Positions 29,116-39,610 of a stretch of DNA of 58,446 nt are shown piece after piece. This stretch comes from a virus (Duplodnaviria > Caudoviricetes), in the IMG/VR virus record IMGVR_UViG_3300020711_000011, positions 1 to 58,446 of that record; one strand, 5' to 3'. Every line of letters starts with the position of its first letter. Within the stretch, counting starts at the first letter, position 1. Both the position numbers and the translations under genes were made by a program. Under the pieces are notes generated by a model. The model was not told the origin of the DNA. It saw only the letters and a program-made list of their open reading frames with translations, and ran no database searches.

Positions 29116-30333
29116 CTACAACTTCAAGAATAACTTTCTAGTTGATTCATCGATTCGGGTTAATGTAACCGTAATTGGATCTCCTTTCTTAATTTCATCG
29201 ATTGAGATACCATCAAGTTCGCTGATATGTAATAATCCTACAATTCCTTCTTCAACCGTTACAAAGATACCGTAATCTTTTATAGATTTAACAGTTCCTT
29301 GGATCTGACATGGAATTTTGTATTTATCTGAGATGTTCTCCCATGGATTTGCAGTTTCTACAGTATCGATCTGCGTTAATGTGATTTTCTTTTCGCTGAT
29401 AACCTCTTTAACTTTGAATGAAATTTCATCGCCAGGTTGGATCGATCCTTTTGAAAGTCTAGTTGCAAATTCTTCGTTTAGATCATTGATGTGAATCATA
29501 CCGGTTAAACAACCATTAAATTCAACAAAGACTCCAAATTTTGCAGAACCAGTGACTGTACCAGAATATTCTGTCTCAGCAGGATTAATCTTTAATTGTT
29601 CAATCTCATGAGGTACCAATGCTTGTAGGTATTTTCTATGAGATACCACAACGGTTCCTTTTTCTACTGAGAAACTTACTGGAACAACATATAAATCTGT
29701 TCCGATGATAGATTCAAAGTTTGATAATTTGTTTGCACCAGCTAGAGATCCAGGCATGAAACAATCAATTCCTTGTATGTTAACGATGTAACCACCATTT
29801 GGAATCATTTGAGTAACCGTACCAGTGTAAGCTGTTTTACCATCTTCGATTGCTTTATGTAATTCAGCAAATACTGCTTGTCTGGTTCCTTCTGTAACAG
29901 ATCCAACTATGAATCCTCTTTCATTTTTATCAGATGTGATTTTAACCATGAATTCCTTCCCTGGTTGAATCAATTTTTTAAATTGTGCTGATTCTTTTTC
30001 TAAATCGATGTATATTGATTCTCTATAACCAATATCGATCATTGCCCATTTTTCAGTTACGCTGTGAATAGTTCCAGTGTGGTGTTCTCCAGTGTTAACT
30101 TGCGGAATGATTTGAATATGATCATTTCCCATCAATAGATCATAAAAACGCTGAGCATCTTTTCCTCTAGAATAGACCTTTACGTTAATAGGTGTTTTGA
30201 TTCTGTCATTGCCCTTTTTTAGGATAGATGGGCACTCCGATTCATAACCTTCCCAATCAAATTCTCCTGTTGGTAATGTCCATGGGTCGTTCGGTGAATG
30301 TACTGGTGTTTTTTGTTGTTCTGCGTTTAGCAT
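29116..30333 (-). CDS. rpsA: Ribosomal protein bS1-like, four S1 domains
   Basis: Four OB/S1 repeats: WAMIDIG; GGYIVNIQGIDCFMPGS; FGVFVEF..GMIHINDL; YGIFV..GLLHISEL. Confidence 0.85.
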   Translation of the reverse strand: MLNAEQQKTPVHSPNDPWTLPTGEFDWEGYESECPSILKKGNDRIKTPINVKVYSRGKDAQRFYDLLMGNDHIQIIPQVNTGEHHTGTIHSVTEKWAMIDIGYRESIYIDLEKESAQFKKLIQPGKEFMVKITSDKNERGFIVGSVTEGTRQAVFAELHKAIEDGKTAYTGTVTQMIPNGGYIVNIQGIDCFMPGSLAGANKLSNFESIIGTDLYVVPVSFSVEKGTVVVSHRKYLQALVPHEIEQLKINPAETEYSGTVTGSAKFGVFVEFNGCLTGMIHINDLNEEFATRLSKGSIQPGDEISFKVKEVISEKKITLTQIDTVETANPWENISDKYKIPCQIQGTVKSIKDYGIFVTVEEGIVGLLHISELDGISIDEIKKGDPITVTLTRIDESTRKLFLKL

Positions 30334-30371
30334 TGTTTTTTGTGTTTAAGTGATTAATAACTAAATATTTA

Positions 30372-31604
30372 TCATATTACAAAAGGCACAAATCCGATCA
30401 TTGGAGCTGTTCCAACTCCATAATAAATTTGTCCATTGTATATGAATTTAAGGTGTAATAAGTGATCTTGTAGTGCATAAGCCACTGCGGTTGCTACTAA
30501 ATTTGCAGCGACGTGTTTTTCTTCTGGCTTTTCATATTTTTTACCAGTGTTCCATGCTCTTCTTAAAAAATCAGCAAGCCTGGTTTGACTGCCATACGTT
30601 AAAGGAACATAGGTTCCTGGAGCCGGTATTGTTGCTGGAAATATGCTTGGAGTCTGAGCAAATGGTTGAGTTGCCGTAGATTTCCAATAATCAAGTACGC
30701 CTTTGGCCAATACCTCAAATGGATCTGTATCTGCACCCGCTTTCTCATCTTTATTTGCATTTGCACTATCAATTTCAGATTGTGTCCATTTGGTAAGCAC
30801 ATCCTTCCAATCTTTTTCTTCAGATTTAACGATATTAAGCTTATTTTGTATTCTGGTAGATTCATCTGCCTGTTCCACTTTTGGTATCAAAGATTCTACC
30901 TTTAATAGATCTGAATTAATATCTCCATCTATTTTTGCGTCATACGTATATTTCGCAATCAATTCAGGTGTTATGAATGGAGATGTTTTTTGATCTTGTT
31001 TATTTGCAAAGCTCTGAAACACCTGTTTGTTATATGTTCCAGTTGGTTTTTGCTTTAATTTAATTAGATTTAATACTGTGCTTTTAACCTTTACGGCCCA
31101 TAATGAATTGCTTCCAGTATTTAATCTATTGATCCAATCTAAATATTTTTTAGAATCTTCGCCATCCATTGCAAATAAGATTCTATCCGCCAAAACCTTA
31201 ATCATATCAGCTTCAGTAATCTTGGCATCCACCTTACCAAAATCAAAACTTAAAAAGTTTTTTGATTTTGTAGCGACTAACCATTTTATTAATTGCGCAT
31301 TTGCATCGTATGATTGAGTGTCTTGTAGAGGTTCCGTAAGATCTGCATACATTGGATCGACCATCTTCTGTTCATACGTTGGCGATGTTGAATCGCCCAG
31401 CATTTTAAAACCTCGTTTGAAAGCATCATTGAGAATTGTTTGTTGGCCAGGAATATGTTTATTTGAAAATGGTGTCTGTGAATTGGCTACCGCTGTAAAA
31501 TACTGCTGTGCCATGAAAGTACCCATCTCATCCAAATTTTGGATGGTCTGACTTTCTAGCTTTGATGCTACAGTATTGATGAAGGTTGGCCAATTTACGG
31601 GCAT
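30372..31604 (-). CDS. Hypothetical protein next to the gp5-like spike
   Basis: 410-aa ORF with late motif at 31625-31632. Confidence 0.55.
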   Translation of the reverse strand: MPVNWPTFINTVASKLESQTIQNLDEMGTFMAQQYFTAVANSQTPFSNKHIPGQQTILNDAFKRGFKMLGDSTSPTYEQKMVDPMYADLTEPLQDTQSYDANAQLIKWLVATKSKNFLSFDFGKVDAKITEADMIKVLADRILFAMDGEDSKKYLDWINRLNTGSNSLWAVKVKSTVLNLIKLKQKPTGTYNKQVFQSFANKQDQKTSPFITPELIAKYTYDAKIDGDINSDLLKVESLIPKVEQADESTRIQNKLNIVKSEEKDWKDVLTKWTQSEIDSANANKDEKAGADTDPFEVLAKGVLDYWKSTATQPFAQTPSIFPATIPAPGTYVPLTYGSQTRLADFLRRAWNTGKKYEKPEEKHVAANLVATAVAYALQDHLLHLKFIYNGQIYYGVGTAPMIGFVPFVI

Positions 31605-31635
31605 ATATTATTATATTAACAAGTTATATATTGAA

Positions 31636-33147
31636 TTAAACTTGAGGTGCTTTAAAGATTAATAAATTCCAGGTCGATGCTGGTTTAGATTTATATACAA
31701 AATATGTATCGAAATTGTTTCTAGTATCAGTGGACCATTTATGTCCATTTGATCTGGTGTGTAGACCACCTGTAAAGATTTGAGTGTGTCCATATTGTCT
31801 ACAACTATCAGCAGTAGAACCATCGGTCGCCCAATAGCATACAACATCGCCAATATCAAAATCTTGAGATAAAATTGATGCTAACTGTGATTTACTAATA
31901 TTAGAACCACCCGCAATCTTTTTATATCCTATAGATTCTAATGTTGCAAAATATCCTTTACCATTTGCATTTCCATTTGCTGGAAACGTTGCTCCTGGAA
32001 TCATCTTTTTGCCATGCAATCCTGCCACATAATTTCTAGCGATATTCGATGTGTATCTAGAACATAATGATTTCGCTTCACCTGATTTTAATGTGTAATC
32101 AACAGCATTGATGATTGAAGTTGACTGTATTCCTTTAAATTTACGATTGTAGAATGTTGTTGAAGTATCATTGCCCTTATTTTTACCAACATCGGTATCA
32201 TTGACTTCATCACCTGATGTAATACCCGATATCGGTTGAGGTGCTCCATTTGCATCCAAGATGATTTCATCTTCGGTGCTGTATGTTGCTCCTGATCCGC
32301 CCGTTGAAGTAGTTGTTCCAGAAGTACCACTTGTTCCTGAAGTACTTGCAGCTGAAGTACCACTTGTACCTGTTGTACCACTTGTACCTGACGTAGAAGC
32401 TGATGTACCTGAGGTGCCACTGGATCCACTAGAGCTTGTTGGTGTTGATGAACTACCACCACCTGCTTTGTATTGCTTGATGGTGTCCAGTTTACCTTTG
32501 GTCTCAGTAACTTGTGCCTTTTCAGGAGGCAAGGGTGGACCTGAAGGACCTGTACCCGTTGGATGCGTGTGACTTAAGAATGATGCCATAAAGCTATCCA
32601 ATAACTTTCTTAGCGTCTCTCCTTTTACCGCAGGTTCTGCCTCGTCTTTTGAATTAGAAGCAATAAAGATTTGATCTGCATTTAAGAACATCTTTCCATC
32701 TGGACTAAAACGAATCATTGGTTGCGAATTTTTATCCGCACCTGTCGTCATTACTAGACCGTCCTCTTTGCTTAAATAGAATCTGAAATTTCTTACGATA
32801 TCATAGATCAATGAAACAACATTTTGAGGTTCTGCTGAACCATTTAAAATATCATTCTTTAATTCAGGACTTTGATTGATTTGATATGAATATGTTGGAG
32901 TGTAAATATTACCATTGTCAAATGTTATTGAAACAATATCTCCTTTATTTGGAATAATGTGTTGTCCTGGAGCCATTGAATTAGATGGAGACGCCCAAGG
33001 TATCGCGTCGTTTGTTAAATTATCAAACTTGCCATACACCTTTACCCTACAACGACCATTATTTTTTGGATCGTTATTATCAACAACTTCACCCAACCAA
33101 TGGGTGTCTCTAATGTTGTCAGAACCTAATTCATTTTCTGTTGCCAT
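31636..33147 (-). CDS. Baseplate spike gp5/VgrG-like protein with C-terminal CHAP/NlpC-type amidase
   Basis: OB-fold GEVVDNNDPKNNGRCRVKVYG; SHTH tip motif; S/T/G linker; CSRY...GDVV...YGHTQI papain-like Cys/His. Confidence 0.85.
   Translation of the reverse strand: MATENELGSDNIRDTHWLGEVVDNNDPKNNGRCRVKVYGKFDNLTNDAIPWASPSNSMAPGQHIIPNKGDIVSITFDNGNIYTPTYSYQINQSPELKNDILNGSAEPQNVVSLIYDIVRNFRFYLSKEDGLVMTTGADKNSQPMIRFSPDGKMFLNADQIFIASNSKDEAEPAVKGETLRKLLDSFMASFLSHTHPTGTGPSGPPLPPEKAQVTETKGKLDTIKQYKAGGGSSSTPTSSSGSSGTSGTSASTSGTSGTTGTSGTSAASTSGTSGTSGTTTSTGGSGATYSTEDEIILDANGAPQPISGITSGDEVNDTDVGKNKGNDTSTTFYNRKFKGIQSTSIINAVDYTLKSGEAKSLCSRYTSNIARNYVAGLHGKKMIPGATFPANGNANGKGYFATLESIGYKKIAGGSNISKSQLASILSQDFDIGDVVCYWATDGSTADSCRQYGHTQIFTGGLHTRSNGHKWSTDTRNNFDTYFVYKSKPASTWNLLIFKAPQV
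32290..32465 (-). repeat. Low-complexity (S/T)GT repeat linker
   Basis: Encodes SSGSSGTSGTSASTSGTSGTTGTSGTSAASTSGTSGTSGTTTST. Confidence 0.8.
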
Positions 33148-33153
33148 GTATAG

Positions 33154-33161
33154 TATTTATA
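33154..33161 (-). promoter_or_regulatory. T4-type late promoter TATAAATA
   Basis: Exact T4 late consensus 6 nt upstream of the gp5-like ATG. Confidence 0.7.
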
Positions 33162-33165
33162 CCAA

Positions 33166-34368
33166 TTAGTGGAAGACATTACCGAGGTTTAAACCATTTA
33201 GTGCACCTCTATTAAGAGCTGAAATAATTGTTTGACCTACATTTGCGCCATATACATTTCCTAAGATAGCATTCTCCAGTTGAGCTGGATTAATTCGTGT
33301 GGCTTGATCGATTGCATTAACGCCATTCATTAATACATTTTCAGGAGTTGGAACCAAATTGCCAATAGTTCCTGTTACTGCTCCAGTAATTTCTTGTTTC
33401 TTTGCCGCTGAAAGAGTTGCTAAATCATTTGTTGCTTGTTGATTTAATTGATTTGCAGATGCTTGTAATCCAGAAGGTGAAAACTGTTTCTTTAAATTAC
33501 CAATAACTGTAGAATTATTGTTTGTTGTAAATGCTTGAACTCCTGGAGTATTTACTGTGGTTTGCGCTGTCGCATCGGTTGTCATATTTAATACTCCATT
33601 TAGATAAACACCATCAACTTGCTTTAAGTATTCGTATGTTATTGCAATTTCCTGAGATGTTATTTCAGGCACATCTGCTTTTAAACCTTCAAATGCTTTT
33701 GAACCTGACATAATATCAAATTCACAAAATTGAAGTTTAAATAGAGCAGTTGGCTTGTGGCTTATAAGATCTAAGTTTGCTGGATCTGTATCGTTTGAAG
33801 AATCTAATACCTTTGTACCTTCGTATGCATTATCATCCAATGTTCTAACATCTCCAATGTAAACAAACATTGAAAACTTTCTTAAGTTTGCTGGAAGTAA
33901 ATAAGACCATTTCTCTTCATCCCATACTGCCTTTCTGTAAAGTGCCATCAAACCAGTGATTGCCATATTTATAGATTCTAAACAACCAATTTTTAATTTG
34001 GCGTCATCACCACCCCAATAAACTCGATTCACATCATATTGAACCAATCTTTCAACTCCATCAAGAGACTGCCAGTACCAAGGCATTTGTGTATTGATTG
34101 CTAATAGAGCAGCTTTAAAATCTTTAAGATTTTGTAATCTTGTCTGATATTTTTGTATGTTAGAGCCTGTTTTTAATTTGGCTAAAAAATCTTCAGCTGC
34201 GCCAGAAAGAAATGGAGAATCATTGTTATCTCCGGTTACGAATAAAAGAGTAAACGAAAGATAGGTTGGATCTTGGTATGAATTATTAACTTGCCCACCT
34301 GGGTCCATCGGACCCTTTTTATAGAGACCCGATTTTCTAAATGAATATATGCTACCAAAATCTGACAT
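33166..34368 (-). CDS. Tail tube-like/baseplate tube initiator (gp54-like)
   Basis: WYWQSLDG, CLESIN, LRKFSMFVYI motifs; position in the hub cluster. Confidence 0.45.
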   Translation of the reverse strand: MSDFGSIYSFRKSGLYKKGPMDPGGQVNNSYQDPTYLSFTLLFVTGDNNDSPFLSGAAEDFLAKLKTGSNIQKYQTRLQNLKDFKAALLAINTQMPWYWQSLDGVERLVQYDVNRVYWGGDDAKLKIGCLESINMAITGLMALYRKAVWDEEKWSYLLPANLRKFSMFVYIGDVRTLDDNAYEGTKVLDSSNDTDPANLDLISHKPTALFKLQFCEFDIMSGSKAFEGLKADVPEITSQEIAITYEYLKQVDGVYLNGVLNMTTDATAQTTVNTPGVQAFTTNNNSTVIGNLKKQFSPSGLQASANQLNQQATNDLATLSAAKKQEITGAVTGTIGNLVPTPENVLMNGVNAIDQATRINPAQLENAILGNVYGANVGQTIISALNRGALNGLNLGNVFH

Positions 34369-34385
34369 GAGTTATATATTTAATT

Positions 34386-35906
34386 TTAAGCAGTGTAGTT
34401 GTTAAGCCTAGTCGGCCATTCTCTACGAAGCAGTGTTAATTTTTGTTGAAATGAGTTTGCAGTAAATGGATCATAAATATAACGTATCTCATCGATCACA
34501 TAATATCCTGAAACAAATTCATCCAATTTCTGTATGTTATTAGGTGAAGTTGTATCCTCTTTAAATTGTTTACCTGCGCTTTCGAATCCAGCGTTAGATT
34601 TAACTTTTTTAACCGCATCTCCCATCATATTTTCAAGAACATCATTTGCAAATATTAGTACAGGAATCTTCATAAAACGATATAAACCATGATTAATTGT
34701 TTCCAACGTAACCTCTAGTTTCATTTTATGAACCTCATTTCTGTTTATTTGATTGTGCATTGATGCATAAAAATATTGAGGATGCAAATTATCAGGATCT
34801 ACGCGTCCAACATATTTTTGTTTAACCTCATTTTTATATCTTTCTTCTCCTCTCCTACCTCTCATTGGTTCTTCTACATCTTTCATCTGTTTAGAATCAA
34901 GAGGATGAATATCAAAAGATACTAATTTTTCAGTAGAATTGTTTTCAAAATATTGTAATTTCCTTTGATAACCACTGCTTAAACTTACGGCACTTGCATT
35001 GTTTATTATCTTATTTGCGACAATATATTGTGAAGTTCCACCGAAGTTTTCATGATTGGTTAATATTAATTGAGACTTAAGTTTATTTAAATCATTTGTG
35101 TCGGTTGGCTGCGTATTAAAATCGATACCAAACATGTGGATCAATGTATCTTCTAAGTCATTATGTGAATTAAACACTTTATTTAAGTCAACAAAATTTA
35201 GATAGTAATATGGATCGATGCTTCCAAGCTGAAAGGTATCATCGCTAACATAGGAATGATCGATTGCATCATTAATAAAGTTAAGCTTCGACATGAATGG
35301 ACATAATCTAGACATTGCATCGTTTGCTGCATCCACATTGCTTGCAAATCCTAACTCCAAATCAGCTGATATTTTTTTCAAATGTTCAACTGAAGTATCT
35401 GAAGAATATCCAAAACAAGATTCTGCTAAAAGTGTTGGAACCTTCAGCATTCCAGTAATATAATAAGTTTGTATTTGTGTTGGATTCATTTTTTCTAATC
35501 CATCTCCATGTACGCTTGTTATATCAAAATCTGCTCTAATATCTTTAAATGTGTCATCTTGTCTTGCTGTGATTCTAACATTGATAACATCTCCATCTCT
35601 TGGAATGCTATCAGCTTTAAAGGATCTTTCAACATCATCAAATGAAAAGGAAACTATTGGCATAAATCCAGAGCAATCCAATATAAATGATCTAACACCG
35701 GTTGCAGGAATATAAAAGTTATTGATTCTGATATGGGGAACCCAAGTACCATTTTCTCTTGATTGCTTTTGACCTCCTTCACCTTCTGAATTCGCATCAA
35801 ACTTCATCTCATCTAGTGAAATGGTAGGTTCTAGAATGGCTAAAATATGCCTATCTAATGAAATGCCAGATTCATTTGCTGGCTGTGTATTTTGATCGGT
35901 AGCCAT
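34386..35906 (-). CDS. Baseplate hub protein (gp27-like)
   Basis: C-terminal SGYYVIDEIRY...QKLTLLRRE typical of hub proteins; neighbours gp5 and gp53. Confidence 0.6.
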   Translation of the reverse strand: MATDQNTQPANESGISLDRHILAILEPTISLDEMKFDANSEGEGGQKQSRENGTWVPHIRINNFYIPATGVRSFILDCSGFMPIVSFSFDDVERSFKADSIPRDGDVINVRITARQDDTFKDIRADFDITSVHGDGLEKMNPTQIQTYYITGMLKVPTLLAESCFGYSSDTSVEHLKKISADLELGFASNVDAANDAMSRLCPFMSKLNFINDAIDHSYVSDDTFQLGSIDPYYYLNFVDLNKVFNSHNDLEDTLIHMFGIDFNTQPTDTNDLNKLKSQLILTNHENFGGTSQYIVANKIINNASAVSLSSGYQRKLQYFENNSTEKLVSFDIHPLDSKQMKDVEEPMRGRRGEERYKNEVKQKYVGRVDPDNLHPQYFYASMHNQINRNEVHKMKLEVTLETINHGLYRFMKIPVLIFANDVLENMMGDAVKKVKSNAGFESAGKQFKEDTTSPNNIQKLDEFVSGYYVIDEIRYIYDPFTANSFQQKLTLLRREWPTRLNNYTA

Positions 35907-35908
35907 AA

Positions 35909-36418
35909 TTATTTATTTGAAGGACCATTAACCGTTATTACTCCATTTGCGATTGTGATATTTGTCTTTCCAGTCTTTAATACATTTGGAGGCAAGATTT
36001 CAGTCGCTCCATTTTTATATGCAGCGGCTTTTCTCTTTAAGTAATCGATGCGCTTCTGATCTTGAATTGATAATCTTTTCGTATCGATGAACTTTTGTCT
36101 TATTACATTTTGTTCAGTCGATTTTTGTGTTGGCTTATTAGTCCAAGGTAAAAGAGTCGCATCTCTCTGAGGAATTAATAGTGTATCACCTTCAGCAATA
36201 GAAAATGGATTTGAAATATTGTTATATTTTAGAATGTAATCTGCATAAGATGCAACACCATAAACCTGAAGCGCTATTAAATCTGGTCGACCTGCAAAAT
36301 GCGAGTCAACTAAGAATTTAGACATTACTTGTGTATTGCTACTAAATAGCACTGTCGGTTCAGTCATTATGACTACTCCATTTTCAATCCTCTTATTTAC
36401 TAAAGTTGTTAAGTTCAT
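35909..36418 (-). CDS. Baseplate wedge gp53-like (LysM-like)
   Basis: RPDLIALQVYG...ILKYNNISNPF...GDTLLIP. Confidence 0.8.
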   Translation of the reverse strand: MNLTTLVNKRIENGVVIMTEPTVLFSSNTQVMSKFLVDSHFAGRPDLIALQVYGVASYADYILKYNNISNPFSIAEGDTLLIPQRDATLLPWTNKPTQKSTEQNVIRQKFIDTKRLSIQDQKRIDYLKRKAAAYKNGATEILPPNVLKTGKTNITIANGVITVNGPSNK

Positions 36419-38220
36419 TATCCGTTTGTGAATTTTCTCATTTCATCTGTACCGTATGATGAAAGTCCTGTTATATCATTACCTCCCTTCTGATGGTTAT
36501 AAACATCGGTATCGGTTGTTTTATTAATATCTGGTCCTCCGTATGGTTTAAAGTAAAATCTACCTTTACCCGCATTAAACATGCTTTCAATCTCAGCTTT
36601 ATCTCTTGGTCGAGCAGGTTTTAGGGTAACTTTCAATTCTAATATTTCTGGAAAATCTTGAATACCTAATGGTCCTTTAAAATTTAATTCAGTTTTTGTA
36701 CAAGCTAGATTTCCAATAACTGCAATTGGATTTAATGGGTTACCTATCGTAACATGCCATTGTCCAGTTGCTTCACCAGTTAAGAATGCATTTACGATTT
36801 GTCCAGCATTTGGAGAGTTGAATAATTTTAACAAAGATCCTCCTAAGATATTATTTGTTAAGTTATTACCCATCAAACCATTTGATTTAATATCTCCAAT
36901 CAAGTTTTGTCCAAGTGTTCCAAGATCTTTCATTACTGATCCTAAGAACCCTTTATAATCTCCATTTGCAATTAATCCAGCATTTCCCAATGGTTTACCA
37001 ATACTTCCTGCACCACCTCCTGTATATCTAACAGCTCCTCCCCAGAATGGAGCATTTGAATAGGTCAATGCTAACAATTGGGACATCATATCCATAAACA
37101 TGATCTTTGGATTTGCTCCATTTAAAGATCTCATTTCATATTCAAACGTTAACGTAAATTCATGATCAAAATCCATACCTTCCTTTCTTTGCAACATTTT
37201 AGTGATCGCATTGTATGGACCAAACACATAGTTTGGATAAGTTGATGTGATTGGATCAAATGAAGCGCTATTGTATATGCTGGCTTGAACTGCATTCTTT
37301 CCATTTGCGGCAGCATCAACGCTTCTTAATAAAGAAGATGAATTCATGAATGCTCCAAACTTACCTCTTCTAGATGCATCGTTTTCGATGGTTTGAACCG
37401 CAGCTTCGACTTCATCCCAATTATATTTAAAACTAAAACCTAAAATATCTTCTATTTTATTTCCAGTTTGCTCTGACATCCACGTTACTGCTCTTGAAAG
37501 ATCTGGAGATGGTTTTAAAATCTTTTTTCCAGATGCATCTACCGTAAATGGAGTTATAATATCATCCTCAATAGGGAATGGAAATCTTCTTAGGGTAATC
37601 ATGTGATTGTTAGGAATTCTTCCTAAATATCTGCATAGAGCAAAATCAGAATAACCATATCTATAACCTAATCCTCCATTTGTAGAAGTTCTTTCTATAA
37701 TAGTTTGAATTGTTGGATTAACCAGGGTATCTGGATTAAAATCTAATTGATTGTATTCTCCATAGGGTACGCCTGTTGTGGCACCTTGTAGCGGAGTACC
37801 TCTATAATTTACTAAAGACCAAGAGTTAAAATTAGAATGTACTAATTTACCTTCACTAACATCACTCGTACCTGTACCAGTTGAACTTGGAACCTTGTAA
37901 ACTTCTGCTTGAGTTACTCTATCATAATATAATTTATTGTCACTGTTTGCAGTTTTAATATCTCCTGTTGTTGGCGTTTTAGAACCAGTTCCAGTGACAC
38001 CCGATATCGTTGGATTTGCAGTTACTGTTTCAGCATTCAGCGGTATCGATGGATTTGGACTAGCATTTGCAGCCGCAACTTCGTCATGATTCGATTGAAT
38101 GGCATCAGCTGTATTTGTTACTGTACCATTACCATTGTTGATTGTTATTCCACCTGCATTTGCGTCATTTGTTAATGGCGCATTTGAAGTTCTAATAGTA
38201 TCTATTGGTTCGAATGCCAT
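36418..38220 (-). CDS. Baseplate/tail tube cap protein (gp48-like)
   Basis: FTLTFEYEMR...FPEILELKVTL tube-like fold; late motif at 38263-38270. Confidence 0.45.
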   Translation of the reverse strand: MAFEPIDTIRTSNAPLTNDANAGGITINNGNGTVTNTADAIQSNHDEVAAANASPNPSIPLNAETVTANPTISGVTGTGSKTPTTGDIKTANSDNKLYYDRVTQAEVYKVPSSTGTGTSDVSEGKLVHSNFNSWSLVNYRGTPLQGATTGVPYGEYNQLDFNPDTLVNPTIQTIIERTSTNGGLGYRYGYSDFALCRYLGRIPNNHMITLRRFPFPIEDDIITPFTVDASGKKILKPSPDLSRAVTWMSEQTGNKIEDILGFSFKYNWDEVEAAVQTIENDASRRGKFGAFMNSSSLLRSVDAAANGKNAVQASIYNSASFDPITSTYPNYVFGPYNAITKMLQRKEGMDFDHEFTLTFEYEMRSLNGANPKIMFMDMMSQLLALTYSNAPFWGGAVRYTGGGAGSIGKPLGNAGLIANGDYKGFLGSVMKDLGTLGQNLIGDIKSNGLMGNNLTNNILGGSLLKLFNSPNAGQIVNAFLTGEATGQWHVTIGNPLNPIAVIGNLACTKTELNFKGPLGIQDFPEILELKVTLKPARPRDKAEIESMFNAGKGRFYFKPYGGPDINKTTDTDVYNHQKGGNDITGLSSYGTDEMRKFTNG

Positions 38221-38274
38221 TCTTTTGTGATATTTGTTTAAATGGGTTTAATCCCATCTAAGTATATATCACTT

Positions 38275-38871
38275 TTATAAGATCTCAATTTTATCCAGGT
38301 CGGAAGATAGAGGTCTAAATAATAATTTGTCGTAATAATCAGGATCGGTTGGAGCCCTTTGGGCTAAGAATTTCTTTAAAGAGGCCTCGAATTCACCTTT
38401 GGAGTGATAGTAGTATTGGCCCTTTGAGTAAAATGCACGATTTGTAGTTTCATATAGTTCTTTCATTGTCTTCTCCACGAAGAAGTCCTGCAACGAATTA
38501 AACAATTCAATTTGTTCAGCCTTGGTTTTCACGCAAAATACCGAGTCAACCGCAATTAAATAGGTCTCCCATTTCTCGGCAACCTGACGCTCCAGATCCT
38601 CGATTTTACGGTATAGCTGTCTCTTTAGTTTAAATTTAACCTGCTTTTTATTTTCAAAGTCACCTCTGAAAGTTAAACCAAAGAAATATCTTTTTAAGAA
38701 GTCAATATCATCATAGAAATGATTGATACGAACCAGATATTGAGGCATCAGTTCATCAAACTTAATATCATGAACGATACACTGCACTGGAAATACTACA
38801 TTTGGATGCCTATAATTAGATAATAGGGCATAGATGGTCTCACCTTTTGAAAATAAAGTATGTCTTACCAT
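38275..38871 (-). CDS. Hypothetical protein
   Basis: 198-aa ORF, tightly packed in operon. Confidence 0.6.
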   Translation of the reverse strand: MVRHTLFSKGETIYALLSNYRHPNVVFPVQCIVHDIKFDELMPQYLVRINHFYDDIDFLKRYFFGLTFRGDFENKKQVKFKLKRQLYRKIEDLERQVAEKWETYLIAVDSVFCVKTKAEQIELFNSLQDFFVEKTMKELYETTNRAFYSKGQYYYHSKGEFEASLKKFLAQRAPTDPDYYDKLLFRPLSSDLDKIEIL

Positions 38872-38873
38872 AA

Positions 38874-39284
38874 TTAATTATCTATAAACTTAACGTGATT
38901 GAAGCTTGAAAGTACACCTTTCTTTGGATAGTCATCCCGATTAATGATGATTAGATTAAATTTGTAGGAGTTTGGATAGATTGATGCGATAAGTCCTTTA
39001 AGTACATCTATGGTCTCAATGTTGAGGTTCTTAATCACATACAATATCTTCTTTTTATCAGAGATAGAGTCTTCTGACGTTGAAACCAGTGCATCGGTTA
39101 GTTGCTTAATAATATAGATTCCAATGACTGCGTCTGGGGGTTCTGCGCCATGAATGTCTGACTTCGAGAGTTTACTCGAAATTGCGTGATGGTCTATCAC
39201 GTGATCATAACAATCATCCGATTTCGAGAACTTAATAAAGTCCTTTCTGTTCGAATACCAAACACATTCAATAATTAATTCCAT
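38874..39284 (-). CDS. Hypothetical protein
   Basis: 136-aa ORF, coupled to neighbours. Confidence 0.6.
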   Translation of the reverse strand: MELIIECVWYSNRKDFIKFSKSDDCYDHVIDHHAISSKLSKSDIHGAEPPDAVIGIYIIKQLTDALVSTSEDSISDKKKILYVIKNLNIETIDVLKGLIASIYPNSYKFNLIIINRDDYPKKGVLSSFNHVKFIDN

Positions 39285-39607
39285 TAAGTTTTAAGCAGAG
39301 ATTCCAGTCTTTTGATTTCTAACTGATGAGCAGCTATTTTAGACGTGATCTCCCCAGGAGTCGGTAAATAAGATTCACCCCATTCCTGAACTATTTTTAT
39401 TTGTTTTTTATCTCTTGGATTTCCAAGCTCAAGCCCGGCATCCATCGAGATGTCGTTTAAGAATTTGATCTTCGTTTCATTAGAATTAGAAGACTCAAAA
39501 TCATAAACAACAACGGCCTCATAACTCTCTCCTGCTGCATTGATATTATCATCTGCAACGGTTTTTATGAGGCCATTGTCTGCTAATTCTAAAGTTATTA
39601 CGTGCAT
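39284..39607 (-). CDS. Hypothetical protein
   Basis: 107-aa ORF. Confidence 0.6.
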   Translation of the reverse strand: MHVITLELADNGLIKTVADDNINAAGESYEAVVVYDFESSNSNETKIKFLNDISMDAGLELGNPRDKKQIKIVQEWGESYLPTPGEITSKIAAHQLEIKRLESLLKT

Positions 39608-39610
39608 ATC

